Source: a virus (lineage: Duplodnaviria; Caudoviricetes). Taken from it: a stretch of 64,000 nt of DNA. Positions 25,360 to 35,249 of the stretch are shown in pieces. Position numbers and translations under genes: made by a program. The notes under the pieces were generated by a model that ran no database searches, had not been told where the DNA came from, and saw only the letters and a program-made list of their open reading frames with translations. Positions within the stretch are counted from its first letter, which is position 1; the number at the start of each line of letters is the position of its first letter. The stretch is taken from the IMG/VR virus record IMGVR_UViG_3300027740_000003, positions 160,001 through 224,000 of that record; one strand, 5' to 3'.

Positions 25360-26239
25360 TATCTAGCCTTTCAGATAAAGAAAAAACTATATCTTCTAAT
25401 TTTTGAATTCTACTATTAAGTTCTTCAATTGAATTTTCTATAATAATTTCACTAACAGTAATTTTCTTTTGTAATTTTCCGACTTTCTTCAGTTTCTTTA
25501 ACCTATTTTCTACATCTAGTAGAGATTTCTGATTAAATATTTCCGCTTTTGTATAATATATATCAAATAAATTATTTAGAATTGCTTGGAATCTATGGTG
25601 CCCATCAATAAGTTTAAGTTTTTTATTGTTATCTTTAATAACAATTAGGTTGTTTAATTTTTTATCCACCATCAGCTCAGAGATTTTGTTTATATCTGGA
25701 TTGTGATTAGTAATAACTAATTTGTTTATTAAATCTTTTAAAGTTATAGAATATATTTTTACATCACAAATATTTTCATGATCTTTTAATAATTGTCCAT
25801 GTTCTAAAGTAGATGCTAGTTTTAATATTTCAGTATTTCTTTTTCCAACCAACTGTTTGGCAAAATTAATAAACTCATTTGCTTTTGAACAGTTTAATTT
25901 TATGCTATCAATCTCTTCTCCATAATATCCTTCGATAATATTTATGTCAAAACTATCACTGCTAATAGTATTTTTAATATATTTTTCAACAGCATATAAA
26001 ATATTTTCAGCCGTTTTTGAAGTAGAATCAATTTCGATAAAAAGCGATACGTCTTTTGCTATTTCTCTGTAATCTATATTTTCCACTCTAGCATTTAGAA
26101 TTTTTTTACATCGACAACAACCATCGCTGTTAATACATTCTGAAGTGCAACCGGTTGTATCATATTCACAATCACCATAATAATATTTACAATTATCAAA
26201 AAGATGAATTTTTGGAACGTTATTTTTTAACTTTTTCAT
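25334..26239 (-). CDS. ParB/sulfiredoxin-like domain protein with Cys-rich N-terminus
   Basis: LKLIDGHHRFQA motif; CxxxxxxCxxCxxxxGCCxC N-terminal cluster. Confidence 0.65.
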   Translation of the reverse strand: MKKLKNNVPKIHLFDNCKYYYGDCEYDTTGCTSECINSDGCCRCKKILNARVENIDYREIAKDVSLFIEIDSTSKTAENILYAVEKYIKNTISSDSFDINIIEGYYGEEIDSIKLNCSKANEFINFAKQLVGKRNTEILKLASTLEHGQLLKDHENICDVKIYSITLKDLINKLVITNHNPDINKISELMVDKKLNNLIVIKDNNKKLKLIDGHHRFQAILNNLFDIYYTKAEIFNQKSLLDVENRLKKLKKVGKLQKKITVSEIIIENSIEELNSRIQKLEDIVFSLSERLDNVEGRDYH

Positions 26240-27270
26240 AGTATTATATCATGTGGTTTAGATTCGACAATACCAGCATTACTTATCTCAACAAATTCTG
26301 GATTGCGCTTTAGATCTTCTAGATTACTTACTCCTTGATAAGAACATCCGGATCTAATTCCGTCCATCAACCTTGCAATAACTATTTTAACATCTCCTCG
26401 ATAAGGAACATAACCAGAAACACCTTCTATATTGGCAGATTTATGTGTAGACGATCCTGCATACTGTTTGTATATTTGTCCATTTATTATAATCTTATCT
26501 CCGGGGGCTTGGTCTGTTCCAGCCAAAAGATTTCCTAACATAACTGCATCTGCAATAGATAATGCTTTAACACAGTCTCCTGCGTTTTTTATACCACCAT
26601 CTGCTATAATTTTAACATGTGAAAAATAATTTTGTTCCAAAGCCTCTCTACAATCATCCAAAGAAGTAAGTGATCCGCAACCATTACCCGTTTCTATTCT
26701 GGTAGAACAGCACGACCCCCCTCCGACGCCAACTTTTATTACATCCGCCCCGGCAATAGCTAAAAATAAAGCACCTTCACCTGTTGCAACATTACCGGCA
26801 ATAATTAAAACGTCAGGCATATGTTTCCTAACAAAATTAATCATGTCCGATGTATTTTTATGATGCCCATGAGCAACATCAATACAAACAATTTTTACCC
26901 ATTCTTTTAGTGGCAAATATTTTTCAACAAGATATTGTTTTTCTTGATCGGTTGTTCCAACTGACACACCAACGTAATTTACATATTGATCATGTTTTAT
27001 ACTGGCAGATAACCATTTAATAGCTGCAAGATAATCTTGATCCCTGTTATTATTAAACCTATGTAAAATAGCTAATCCGCCAAGTTCTGCCATTGACCGA
27101 GCAAGCTCAGGTCCCGTCACAAACTTCATGTTGGCAGATACAATAGGAATATCTAAAACAATTCCCCGTCCCAGATCTGCCTTTGTTGATACCTCTGATC
27201 TGTGCTGAATTTCTGAATATTTCGGCACAAGTAATAAGTCGTCATACGAATAGCTTTTTCTAATATTCAT
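26236..27270 (-). CDS. IMP dehydrogenase / GMP reductase family (no CBS domain)
   Basis: YDDLLLVP, IVSANM, IDVAHGH, AGNVAT, GVGGGSCCSTR and ADGGI motifs; likely start 27270; IMPDH versus GMPR not resolvable by eye. Confidence 0.92.
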   Translation of the reverse strand: MNIRKSYSYDDLLLVPKYSEIQHRSEVSTKADLGRGIVLDIPIVSANMKFVTGPELARSMAELGGLAILHRFNNNRDQDYLAAIKWLSASIKHDQYVNYVGVSVGTTDQEKQYLVEKYLPLKEWVKIVCIDVAHGHHKNTSDMINFVRKHMPDVLIIAGNVATGEGALFLAIAGADVIKVGVGGGSCCSTRIETGNGCGSLTSLDDCREALEQNYFSHVKIIADGGIKNAGDCVKALSIADAVMLGNLLAGTDQAPGDKIIINGQIYKQYAGSSTHKSANIEGVSGYVPYRGDVKIVIARLMDGIRSGCSYQGVSNLEDLKRNPEFVEISNAGIVESKPHDIIL

Positions 27271-27330
27271 TCCCAACTCCAACAAGTTGTTGTTGGTACA
27301 GTGTGCGTGTCTCGACAGAAACACCAGATT

Positions 27331-27663
27331 CTAATAATAAACCTCGCCATCACAATTGTGTTTTGGTGCTTCAATATCATCTCTAGGAATTATAGTCTTC
27401 AAAACCAAAGATACAGCTTTTTCTAAAGTAGGAACGTTCACTACTTTCTTATCTTTATAATAAATAGAATTACTGCCATTGTCTTTTTCGAAGAAAACTT
27501 CATACCCAAAATCATTTTGCTCAATAATAAAGCCGTCTTTTATAAAATTAATTGAAGAGTATTTGTCTCTATATCCGCCACCATATATTAATTCACTCAA
27601 ATCACAATACCTACAAATTAATTTGGCATCCTGTAATGTTTTTACCGCCTCTTGTGGTGTCAT
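27331..27663 (-). CDS. Hypothetical protein
   Basis: 110-aa ORF, ATGA-coupled. Confidence 0.65.
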   Translation of the reverse strand: MTPQEAVKTLQDAKLICRYCDLSELIYGGGYRDKYSSINFIKDGFIIEQNDFGYEVFFEKDNGSNSIYYKDKKVVNVPTLEKAVSLVLKTIIPRDDIEAPKHNCDGEVYY

Positions 27664-28508
27664 TCTATGATATCCTTTATTATTAAATTATCTACTATTT
27701 CATCTGCAAATTCATTTCTATCAGAACATAAACATATTATGTCCATATCATATTTTGATTGTTCTATTGCAATTTTTTGTAATTCTTTAGAAGGATTCTT
27801 TATATAAGATATAGAATATGCATCTTGTTTAACTGCTGCTAATTGTACTTCTTCGGAAGGATTTTTTATATAAGATATAGAAACCCCTATATTTTTAACT
27901 GCTGCTAATTTAACTTCTTTTGAGGGATTCTTTATAAATTGAATAGAAAGCCCGTTTTCTTTAACGGCTGCTAATTTCATTTCTTTAGAAGGATTCTTTA
28001 TATATTGAATAGAGTTTCCGTTTTGTTTAACGGCTGCTAATTTCATTTCTTTAGAAGAATTCTTTATATATCGAATAGAAGTTCCAATTTGTTTAACCGC
28101 TGCTAACTGCATTTCTTTAGAAGAATTCTTTATATATCGAATAGAAGTTCCAATTTGTTTAACCGCTGCTAATTGTGCTTCTTCGGAAGGATTCTTTATA
28201 TATTGAATAGAAGTTCCAATTTGTTTAACCGCTGCTAATTGTGCTTCTTCGGAAGGATTTTTTATATAACAAATAGAATAGCTATTTTGTTTAACAGCTG
28301 CTAATTGCATTTCTTTAGTGGGGTTTTTTATATAACAAATAGAGGTTCCGTCTTGTTTAATAGCTACTAACTGCATTTCTTTAGTGGGTTTTTTTATATA
28401 TTTAAGATTGCTTCCAGCTAGTTTAACTGCCTTTAAAGCAAATTCCTCATCGTCATAATCAAATTTAAGATGTTTAATGCATAATTTATTTAATTTATCT
28501 ATTGACAT
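27660..28508 (-). CDS. 22-aa repeat (DUF4116-like) solenoid protein with IKDIIE tail
   Basis: About 10 repeat units; likely start MSIDK at 28508; ends IVDNLIIKDIIE-stop. Confidence 0.88.
   Translation of the reverse strand: MSIDKLNKLCIKHLKFDYDDEEFALKAVKLAGSNLKYIKKPTKEMQLVAIKQDGTSICYIKNPTKEMQLAAVKQNSYSICYIKNPSEEAQLAAVKQIGTSIQYIKNPSEEAQLAAVKQIGTSIRYIKNSSKEMQLAAVKQIGTSIRYIKNSSKEMKLAAVKQNGNSIQYIKNPSKEMKLAAVKENGLSIQFIKNPSKEVKLAAVKNIGVSISYIKNPSEEVQLAAVKQDAYSISYIKNPSKELQKIAIEQSKYDMDIICLCSDRNEFADEIVDNLIIKDIIE
28044..28259. repeat. Near-perfect 66-bp tandem repeat units
   Basis: 63 bp identical at 28044-28106 and 28110-28172; 55 bp identical at 28139-28193 and 28205-28259. Confidence 0.9.
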
Positions 28509-28518
28509 TTTTTTTCTT

Positions 28519-28863
28519 TTAATAGCAGTAGTTAGCCCGACACCGCTTGCCAAGATTAATTTCTTTTGTATTAGTTATACAAACAGTTTTTGCATTGCTA
28601 CATTCTAAAACTTTATTCGGATAACAAGCAAGTTCACAATTGGTTTGTTTATAAGACAAAGCCAATACCAAGAACACAAAAATAACTACAATCATAATAC
28701 CAATTATTCCAAACATATTTTCTTTTGATTGTCTGGCGTCTATTTCGTCAATGAGCCGATCGATTTCAGTATTAGAATTTTCTAATTTTAAAATTGATGC
28801 ACCAAAATTTACTATTACCTTTTCTAATTCTACAACTGTTTTCTCTAATTTTTCATCGGACAT
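28519..28863 (-). CDS. Single-pass membrane protein
   Basis: Coiled coil, hydrophobic MFGIIGIMIVVIFVFLVLAL, then a small Cys-rich domain. Confidence 0.7.
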   Translation of the reverse strand: MSDEKLEKTVVELEKVIVNFGASILKLENSNTEIDRLIDEIDARQSKENMFGIIGIMIVVIFVFLVLALSYKQTNCELACYPNKVLECSNAKTVCITNTKEINLGKRCRANYCY

Positions 28864-28906
28864 ATTATTTTTTCAACCAAAGCAATAGAGTTTTGTAAAA
28901 TTTTTG

Positions 28907-29344
28907 TCAGTTGGTTGGATATTTTGAATCTCTTTTTAGTCTCTTTTGGTTTATTTCTAAACTTTTTCTTAAATTCCCATCATAATGTCTTTGACATGAA
29001 GAGGCCCAATCACAAAACATCTCAATAATATCAATCAAATTCATATCATCAATTCCTTCAGCAAAATGCTCCGGATGATGTGAGTTTTTCGCATAATGAT
29101 GTATTAAAGCAGGTTTTAAACCATCCAAAGATTTTTGATATTCATCAGAACCATATGTTAAATCCTTCAACTTTTTCGTGTATTCAGAAAATAATGGAGA
29201 TTCAACTTCGCCTAATTTAGACAAATCATGTTGTTCTCCTCGGTTTAGTAATTCTATAATTATTGAATTTAGTAGATTCCTTACCAACAGTATATGTGCT
29301 CTAGTTTCTGATTCTGATGAATATTTATCTTCCTTTGTCGTCAT
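28907..29344 (-). CDS. HD-like (DUF5662-like) protein
   Basis: H...V, HDLSK, HHY..N.HHPEH and DIIEMFCDW motifs. Confidence 0.7.
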   Translation of the reverse strand: MTTKEDKYSSESETRAHILLVRNLLNSIIIELLNRGEQHDLSKLGEVESPLFSEYTKKLKDLTYGSDEYQKSLDGLKPALIHHYAKNSHHPEHFAEGIDDMNLIDIIEMFCDWASSCQRHYDGNLRKSLEINQKRLKRDSKYPTN

Positions 29345-29347
29345 ATA

Positions 29348-30142
29348 TTATCTTCTTGTACATGTAAACTCAAGCAGGTACTTCATTATATGTTGGTCTG
29401 TTTTATATAAAATCATTTCATCGTTGATCACTCCAGAATTTTTACCTCCGAGGGCCCACACAGAATGATTTGGTTGAACATTATTCCATGAATACATATG
29501 AGATCCATTAGCTAATTTCTGATTGCCTAATATACAATCATTAATAAACAAATACGCAACATTATCATTTCCTTTCGCCCAAATACTTGAATTTATTGAA
29601 GAATACCCGCAGGCCTTGCTCGACAGTCCGTGATAGATCCCGTTCCCGTACATTGACCCACATAAAACTACACCAGAAGGTCTTATCAACAAACCTTTCT
29701 TCAATATACCAGTAAGGTTCTCAGTCCTAGTTCCATGGAACAAAGGAATTACATTAGCTTTCTGATACAACTCAGGGTTCCCGTCAGGCCTAGTTTTTAC
29801 TAGCTTTTCCATCTTGTCTGGAAATACTTGCTTTCCACAAACTTGAGCAATAGTCTCCGCTGTATTTTTAAATCTAGCAACCTCTCCTTTTCTTTCAATT
29901 GACCAAGCGTTTAGTAAAGAAATCTTTCCTAGGTAATGATGATTTGAAGCACGTGTCTCCTGAATCATCTTATCTAACCATTTGAACCTATCATCTGTAT
30001 GATCTATAAATGAAAATTCTGTTTCCAAACTTCTATACTGGTCATCAACACCATTACCAGTTAATTCTATATTAAGATCTTTGGCATCTAATAATGTATC
30101 TAAATCATACTCTTTCTGAATAATTTTATCTTGACTATCTAA
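29348..30142 (-). CDS. PARP-like ADP-ribosyltransferase catalytic domain, apparently 5'-truncated
   Basis: LFHGT, YGNGIY, GYS and NDEMILY (H-Y-E triad); frame stays open upstream of the track TTG at 30028 with regulatory-domain-like residues but has no ATG. Confidence 0.8.
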   Translation of the reverse strand, partial: LDSQDKIIQKEYDLDTLLDAKDLNIELTGNGVDDQYRSLETEFSFIDHTDDRFKWLDKMIQETRASNHHYLGKISLLNAWSIERKGEVARFKNTAETIAQVCGKQVFPDKMEKLVKTRPDGNPELYQKANVIPLFHGTRTENLTGILKKGLLIRPSGVVLCGSMYGNGIYHGLSSKACGYSSINSSIWAKGNDNVAYLFINDCILGNQKLANGSHMYSWNNVQPNHSVWALGGKNSGVINDEMILYKTDQHIMKYLLEFTCTRR

Positions 30143-30162
30143 TTGGTGTTGCAGAAAGATAT

Positions 30163-31293
30163 ATGGAAAGGGCGTCTGTAATTATTGCAGATGAAATGTC
30201 TTGGTCTAGAGAATCGAATGCTCGAAAAAGAATAGAAAACGCAATAAAATCAAAAAACTATTTATCCGCGGCAAAAATTGCATTTCATGAGTTTAATATA
30301 GACCAAAATTGGGATACAGGATATGGAGGAAAAAAATGGGCCGAATTCTGTAAATATCTTGTTGCTCTTGGAACGGCTATAGAATTATTTAAAAAATCAA
30401 AAACAGAAGAAGAAAAATTAAAATCATCAAATGACATTTCTATTTATATGAATGTTCTTAATGGGCTTACCCATAATACAGGTTCTTTTTCGGAAAAGAT
30501 GATTTACAACGAATCTAATACTAATGTTTTTAATAATTCTTTTGGTAATTCTTTTGGTAATGAATATGAAAATAAAATGAGGGAATTTCTTAAAATTATG
30601 AACGCAAAACAACTAACTCATAAAGAGGACGTTTTACCATTCATAAAACAATACATGTATAACAATCCCGACTCTTTTTTATATCGAGAGCATTTTTCTA
30701 AATTGTTAGCACGGGATAAGCCAGATCTAAATAGGGCAGAAATTGAATTACAAGAAATTAGTAAAAGAAAAAAACTAATAAATTATGTTATTAATTTTAT
30801 TGATTTTAATATCGAAAGAATACAAAATGATTTAACTGAACATAACGTTGTAAATTACAACAATTATATAACGACTATATTAAGTTTGGTAAATAATGTT
30901 ATTTGGAAAAATATAAAAAACAAATTGCTAAATATTGCTAACGAATACAATTTGATTTCAGAAAGTCATAATGTCGAAAATGATATTGAAAATTTATATA
31001 AATATTTTAAAGAAAATGAATTTGGTCTATTTCCAGGAAACTATATAATTATTCTTGATTGGAAATCGAAATATGAAATGAGTTATAATAATGGAAAAAT
31101 TATCATAAAAGCAATAGACAATTATTATCAAACATTATCTAATGATTTTCTTAATTATGAACAAATAGATTTGAATCGCAGTATAATTGATCTTCCGTTG
31201 TTAGAAAAATTAGAAAACGCACTAAATGCATTAAAAAAAATGCGTTCCATAATTAATCAGGAATATAATCTTGGTCTGCCAGAACTAAATTAA
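30163..31293 (+). CDS. Hypothetical protein (possibly 5'-truncated)
   Basis: 376-aa ORF with W..GYGGKKW and HNTG motifs. Confidence 0.7.
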   Translation: MERASVIIADEMSWSRESNARKRIENAIKSKNYLSAAKIAFHEFNIDQNWDTGYGGKKWAEFCKYLVALGTAIELFKKSKTEEEKLKSSNDISIYMNVLNGLTHNTGSFSEKMIYNESNTNVFNNSFGNSFGNEYENKMREFLKIMNAKQLTHKEDVLPFIKQYMYNNPDSFLYREHFSKLLARDKPDLNRAEIELQEISKRKKLINYVINFIDFNIERIQNDLTEHNVVNYNNYITTILSLVNNVIWKNIKNKLLNIANEYNLISESHNVENDIENLYKYFKENEFGLFPGNYIIILDWKSKYEMSYNNGKIIIKAIDNYYQTLSNDFLNYEQIDLNRSIIDLPLLEKLENALNALKKMRSIINQEYNLGLPELN

Positions 31294-31741
31294 TAGAAAA
31301 TTCAATTTGTGATTGTGTTTCTGGACCAAACACAATACTTTTAACTATATCTAGTGATTCTTTTGGATCTTTATGCAACATAATCATTAAAGATAATATG
31401 GCCATTCCAGTTCTGCCATGCCCGCCGAAACAATGAATATATATGTTTTCCCCACTATTCAATAAATTAATAATTTTCAAAACATCTTTAATAAAATCTT
31501 TTTTATTTTCTGGAACGGAATAATCTGCAATTGGTGAATGAAAAACTGAGAAATGTTTTTTCTCTATTTGTGCTATGGTGTTATCTTCCAACAATGTCCA
31601 AATAACAGATACATTATTTTTTTTCAAATAATCGAATGTTTTATTCATTTTGTCTATTGTTTCATAAGACGACCCAAACCAAATTTTACCTTTGGTTCCT
31701 ATATCAACAAATCCACTAATTGATGTTTCTTTGATGTCCAC
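31253..31741 (-). CDS. Cys-based protein tyrosine/dual-specificity phosphatase
   Basis: IHCFGGHGRTG (HCx5R) and PIAD acid loop. Confidence 0.9.
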   Translation of the reverse strand: MDIKETSISGFVDIGTKGKIWFGSSYETIDKMNKTFDYLKKNNVSVIWTLLEDNTIAQIEKKHFSVFHSPIADYSVPENKKDFIKDVLKIINLLNSGENIYIHCFGGHGRTGMAILSLMIMLHKDPKESLDIVKSIVFGPETQSQIEFSINLVLADQDYIPD

Positions 31742-31799
31742 GACTGGAACCTAATCACCATTGTTTGACTTGTCAAGCTGCATATTATTGTATATCTGC

Positions 31800-32705
31800 A
31801 TGAGTAGAATTGCCAGATTAAAGGTAATCAAAAGCATATTTAAAAATGCAGGATACATTACTACACTAGTAGATCAGATTATTTCTCAAAAACAATCTGG
31901 AGAAACGACAGAAACCAAACCTGCTTTAGAATATAAACAAGTTCCAATTAGTCTTGGCCCAGCCGCTACTGTAATGATGCCGTCTAATGTTGTCAACCCC
32001 GATGGAGCAGTAGACATCATAGTGAATTTCAAAGGTGGAAACTCCCCAGCCGTCGCCGCTACAACAGGTAGAAAAGCCGTTGTCGTATCTATCTATGAAC
32101 CAGAAGGTGGAAAATATAAATTCGGTAATTATTCACAATATGATCATAACTTTATAAATAAAGCAGTAGATACAATCATATCTTCTTTGCAAAAATCTAA
32201 TCCAGGCAAAATAATTAAAAGAGGAAAATTAACCATAACCGGCTGGTCGGCCGGAGGCAGTGCATTAAAGCAAGTATTGGCGAATGAGGATAAGGTGAAA
32301 GGAGGAGTAGATGAAGTCTTCTTCTCTGATGCCCTCCATTCGGGCCTAGGAGAGGGTTTAGACCCTGGCCTAGCACCAGTGCTAGCCTATGCTCAAAAAG
32401 CCGCCACAGACCCTTCTAAACGAATTGTATTGCTATCTACTGGAGTTGTGCCAGGTAATTCAAAAGGACAGCAATATGCATCCACTTATGATACAGGAAA
32501 AAGAATAGCGGATCAAGTTGGAGCAAAAGAAGTACAAGATAACAATATATATGCTGGAGGGCACCCTGCGGCCATTAGCCAAACAGGTGGCTTCAAATGG
32601 ATTCAATTATTCCCCCCAGGAACAAAAGACGTAAACCAAATGAAGCAGCAACATGGAATTGCTCATAATTGGGGTTTCAATAATCTTTCTGAGCTTTTAG
32701 GATAA
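31800..32705 (+). CDS. Alpha/beta-hydrolase-fold protein
   Basis: GWSAGG nucleophile elbow, FSDALH, C-terminal QHG; likely start 31800. Confidence 0.7.
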   Translation: MSRIARLKVIKSIFKNAGYITTLVDQIISQKQSGETTETKPALEYKQVPISLGPAATVMMPSNVVNPDGAVDIIVNFKGGNSPAVAATTGRKAVVVSIYEPEGGKYKFGNYSQYDHNFINKAVDTIISSLQKSNPGKIIKRGKLTITGWSAGGSALKQVLANEDKVKGGVDEVFFSDALHSGLGEGLDPGLAPVLAYAQKAATDPSKRIVLLSTGVVPGNSKGQQYASTYDTGKRIADQVGAKEVQDNNIYAGGHPAAISQTGGFKWIQLFPPGTKDVNQMKQQHGIAHNWGFNNLSELLG

Positions 32706-32864
32706 CATCTGGTTTTCTTCTTTTATGAAGTAAACCTCAACAGACCCGTCTTTAAGAAACTTGGCTGTTAGAATTCCTTTTGAATCTTTTGGCAAATTGC
32801 TTCCAGCATGTTCGGCTATAACCACAAGAACTTCTTTTTTATTATAACTTTTTATTAGATTCAT
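32697..32864 (-). CDS. Small hypothetical protein (55 aa, not in track)
   Basis: MNLIKSYNKKEVLVVIAEHAGSNLPKD...; fills the gap in the minus-strand run. Confidence 0.5.
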   Translation of the reverse strand: MNLIKSYNKKEVLVVIAEHAGSNLPKDSKGILTAKFLKDGSVEVYFIKEENQMLS

Positions 32865-33489
32865 AATAATCTTCGCCCCCTATAAAATATCTACTATAGA
32901 TGGCCTTTTTAATATTTGTTAAATCAGGTTTAGTTCCAAAAAATTTAGACAAATCAAATTTAATTGATTTGAGTCCACATTTTGTACCAGTTAATATATT
33001 TTCTTCCCTATCATCAACATAGATACAATCAGAATATCGTGGATTTTGAAGATAAAAACTTTGATAATAAAGCAAGCTAGGCTTTGCAGTACCTACTTCA
33101 CATGATATATGTTGAACATCTGCTAGCTCAAATATATGCTTGAATTTAGTTCTGGCATAATCTATTTCACCAATTCCCATATTAGAAATAAAAGCAATGT
33201 TAAAATTTTTATTCTTTAAATCAATTAAGAATTCTGTCATATATTTATTTTCTTTAATAACATCATTCCAGGAACGAGAAAGCATTTCTGCTTCTTCTGG
33301 AGAAAAGGCGTCTTCCAAATAATCACGCATTGTTGCAGATCCACAGAACTCTTGTCTTTCAATTAGACGAAGATAATGTTCAACATCTTCAACATTAGCA
33401 TCAAGCTCTGAAATTATTTGCCAGAACTCTTTGAAATCCAAATCAAAAATAACATTTCCTAGGTCAAAAGCTATGTATTTTGATGACAT
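32842..33489 (-). CDS. HAD-superfamily phosphatase (YihX-like)
   Basis: FDLGNVIF, ISN, KP and YVDD motifs. Confidence 0.85.
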   Translation of the reverse strand: MSSKYIAFDLGNVIFDLDFKEFWQIISELDANVEDVEHYLRLIERQEFCGSATMRDYLEDAFSPEEAEMLSRSWNDVIKENKYMTEFLIDLKNKNFNIAFISNMGIGEIDYARTKFKHIFELADVQHISCEVGTAKPSLLYYQSFYLQNPRYSDCIYVDDREENILTGTKCGLKSIKFDLSKFFGTKPDLTNIKKAIYSRYFIGGEDYYESNKKL

Positions 33490-34427
33490 ATTACCTCATG
33501 CAGGAACGGTGTGTTTTGTTTGCTTAGAAAATCTCTGCTGCATTCTCTCGACAAAGCTTTTTCAATTGTTTCTAATGCATAATAGTCCATCAATTCTACT
33601 TGTGCCAAGTCTTTTCCAATAGAATATTCTTCCAACAACACCGAATTCAACAACGCCTCCACATCATCTAAAGAAGGAAAAGAACATATATTTTTTCCAT
33701 TATAAATAGCATCTGATATTGAACCTGTATCTCCTTCGGATAATACCTTATTGCATCCATACAGTTCTTTAGCATAATCTTTATTAACAACCTCTACGTT
33801 GTCTATATATTTAATAATATTGGATAATGTTGGTTTTCTAACAGGATCGTTTAAAATTGCAATGTTTTTATCATGATTGCTTTGTTGTTGTTTGATATAG
33901 TATGGAGAAATCCAGTTGTATCCATATTTTATATGTGGACGAAAATTAACATCACCAAAAGGAGAATAAATAAACACTTTATCTGCCTCAGGAAATGAAT
34001 ATAAATGTTTATATAAATAAAACAGTTTAGAACGATAGTTTAATTTAAAATCTTTTTCTATTCCAAGAAATAATAATATAGGAGAGCAGTACCATAATTT
34101 TATATTTAATTTCTTAGCAATATTAGATAAAGTTATTTCGTCATCAATAATTATTAAATCTGGTTCAAATCTTTCTATGTCAGAAATCAAAGACAACAAT
34201 ATTTTATAATTAACACCTAATGTATTTGGTCCTAATATTTCTCTAGACTTATTATATTTGACATTATAATGTAGGGCATCTAAGGTCCAATCTATAACAG
34301 GCAGGTCATAACTAGATTTAATATAAGCCGCTACTTTTATTTCATGTTCTTTTGGCAAAGCATTCAAGAATCTAGATAGTTGAATGCCTGCCCCAACTCT
34401 ATTTCCGGCAACATATATTATTCGCAT
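33471..34427 (-). CDS. GT-B fold glycosyltransferase-like protein
   Basis: N-terminal RIIYV.G..G.G, FEPDLII.D and G..GSISDAIY.GK motifs. Confidence 0.55.
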   Translation of the reverse strand: MRIIYVAGNRVGAGIQLSRFLNALPKEHEIKVAAYIKSSYDLPVIDWTLDALHYNVKYNKSREILGPNTLGVNYKILLSLISDIERFEPDLIIIDDEITLSNIAKKLNIKLWYCSPILLFLGIEKDFKLNYRSKLFYLYKHLYSFPEADKVFIYSPFGDVNFRPHIKYGYNWISPYYIKQQQSNHDKNIAILNDPVRKPTLSNIIKYIDNVEVVNKDYAKELYGCNKVLSEGDTGSISDAIYNGKNICSFPSLDDVEALLNSVLLEEYSIGKDLAQVELMDYYALETIEKALSRECSRDFLSKQNTPFLHEVICHQNT

Positions 34428-35056
34428 TTAGCTAATTTTTCTCTAACAATAGGTGAACATGTTTCTATGAATTTTATTAAAAGATCCGCTGCCATCCTTG
34501 TATCTGCATCTGCTTTATGTGCTTTTTCTTTTTTTATACCAAAATCTTTTATTAACGATCCTAGGTTGTACTTTTCTCTTTTTCTTCCAATACATATATC
34601 GAAAAACAAAGCTAATTGAATAGTATCAACGATTAGTTTTTTATAATTTGTTAAAAACGGGAACGTATCTAAAGAATTGCAATCTTTCCATAGTGCGGTC
34701 ATATGTTCAAAATCGAATATTGGATTCTGTCCAGCAAAAACCCGATCATGGGCAGACATTTTGTCTTCTGCAATCCAGTCCTCAATTTCAATTACAGCAT
34801 CGGCGGGTTTTTTATAATTATCTCTACCATATTTGGTTTGCCATAGGATATCTTCTTTTTTGTGTCCATTTACAGCTAAAGCATCATCTTGGATAAATTC
34901 TGGTTTGGTGGCTCTTATAAGCCAAGTCCTTTGATCAGATTCAAAACCAGATTCTGTTGATGTCAGCCTCAATAGAGATAATTCTATTATCTCATTAACA
35001 CCAGGTTGTAATCCTGTTGTTTCTGTATCTTGAACGTAAATTATGTAATTCTGCAT
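34418..35056 (-). CDS. DEDDh 3'-5' exonuclease (second paralogue)
   Basis: QDTETTGL, AGQN..FD and AHKADADT motifs. Confidence 0.88.
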   Translation of the reverse strand: MQNYIIYVQDTETTGLQPGVNEIIELSLLRLTSTESGFESDQRTWLIRATKPEFIQDDALAVNGHKKEDILWQTKYGRDNYKKPADAVIEIEDWIAEDKMSAHDRVFAGQNPIFDFEHMTALWKDCNSLDTFPFLTNYKKLIVDTIQLALFFDICIGRKREKYNLGSLIKDFGIKKEKAHKADADTRMAADLLIKFIETCSPIVREKLAKCE

Positions 35057-35057
35057 A

Positions 35058-35249
35058 TCAATCGGATATCTCTTCCTGAGATCTCTCGACTGATTTCGGA
35101 GGCTCTGAAGAAAGTAGTCTCAGGTAAGCAGATATTAAATCTCCCAGAGCTCTTGGAATAGGTACTGATACCACTTTTCCGTACTCATTAGAAAATACCA
35201 ATAAAGAAGTTTTTTTATTACATGTTTCAATAGAGTTTAGCGTAATCAT
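35058..35249 (-). CDS. Hypothetical protein
   Basis: 63-aa ORF, ATGA-coupled. Confidence 0.55.
   Translation of the reverse strand: MITLNSIETCNKKTSLLVFSNEYGKVVSVPIPRALGDLISAYLRLLSSEPPKSVERSQEEISD

Noticed and set aside
26236-26256. IMPDH/GMPR ending PHDIIL-stop as a tail member
   Set aside because: ES.PHD[IV] is the natural family motif and the IK part is missing; probably coincidence.
23339-31820. Shared SR(I/V)ARL peptide at the M23 C-terminus and hydrolase N-terminus
   Set aside because: Only two short instances in different positions; insufficient support for a signal.
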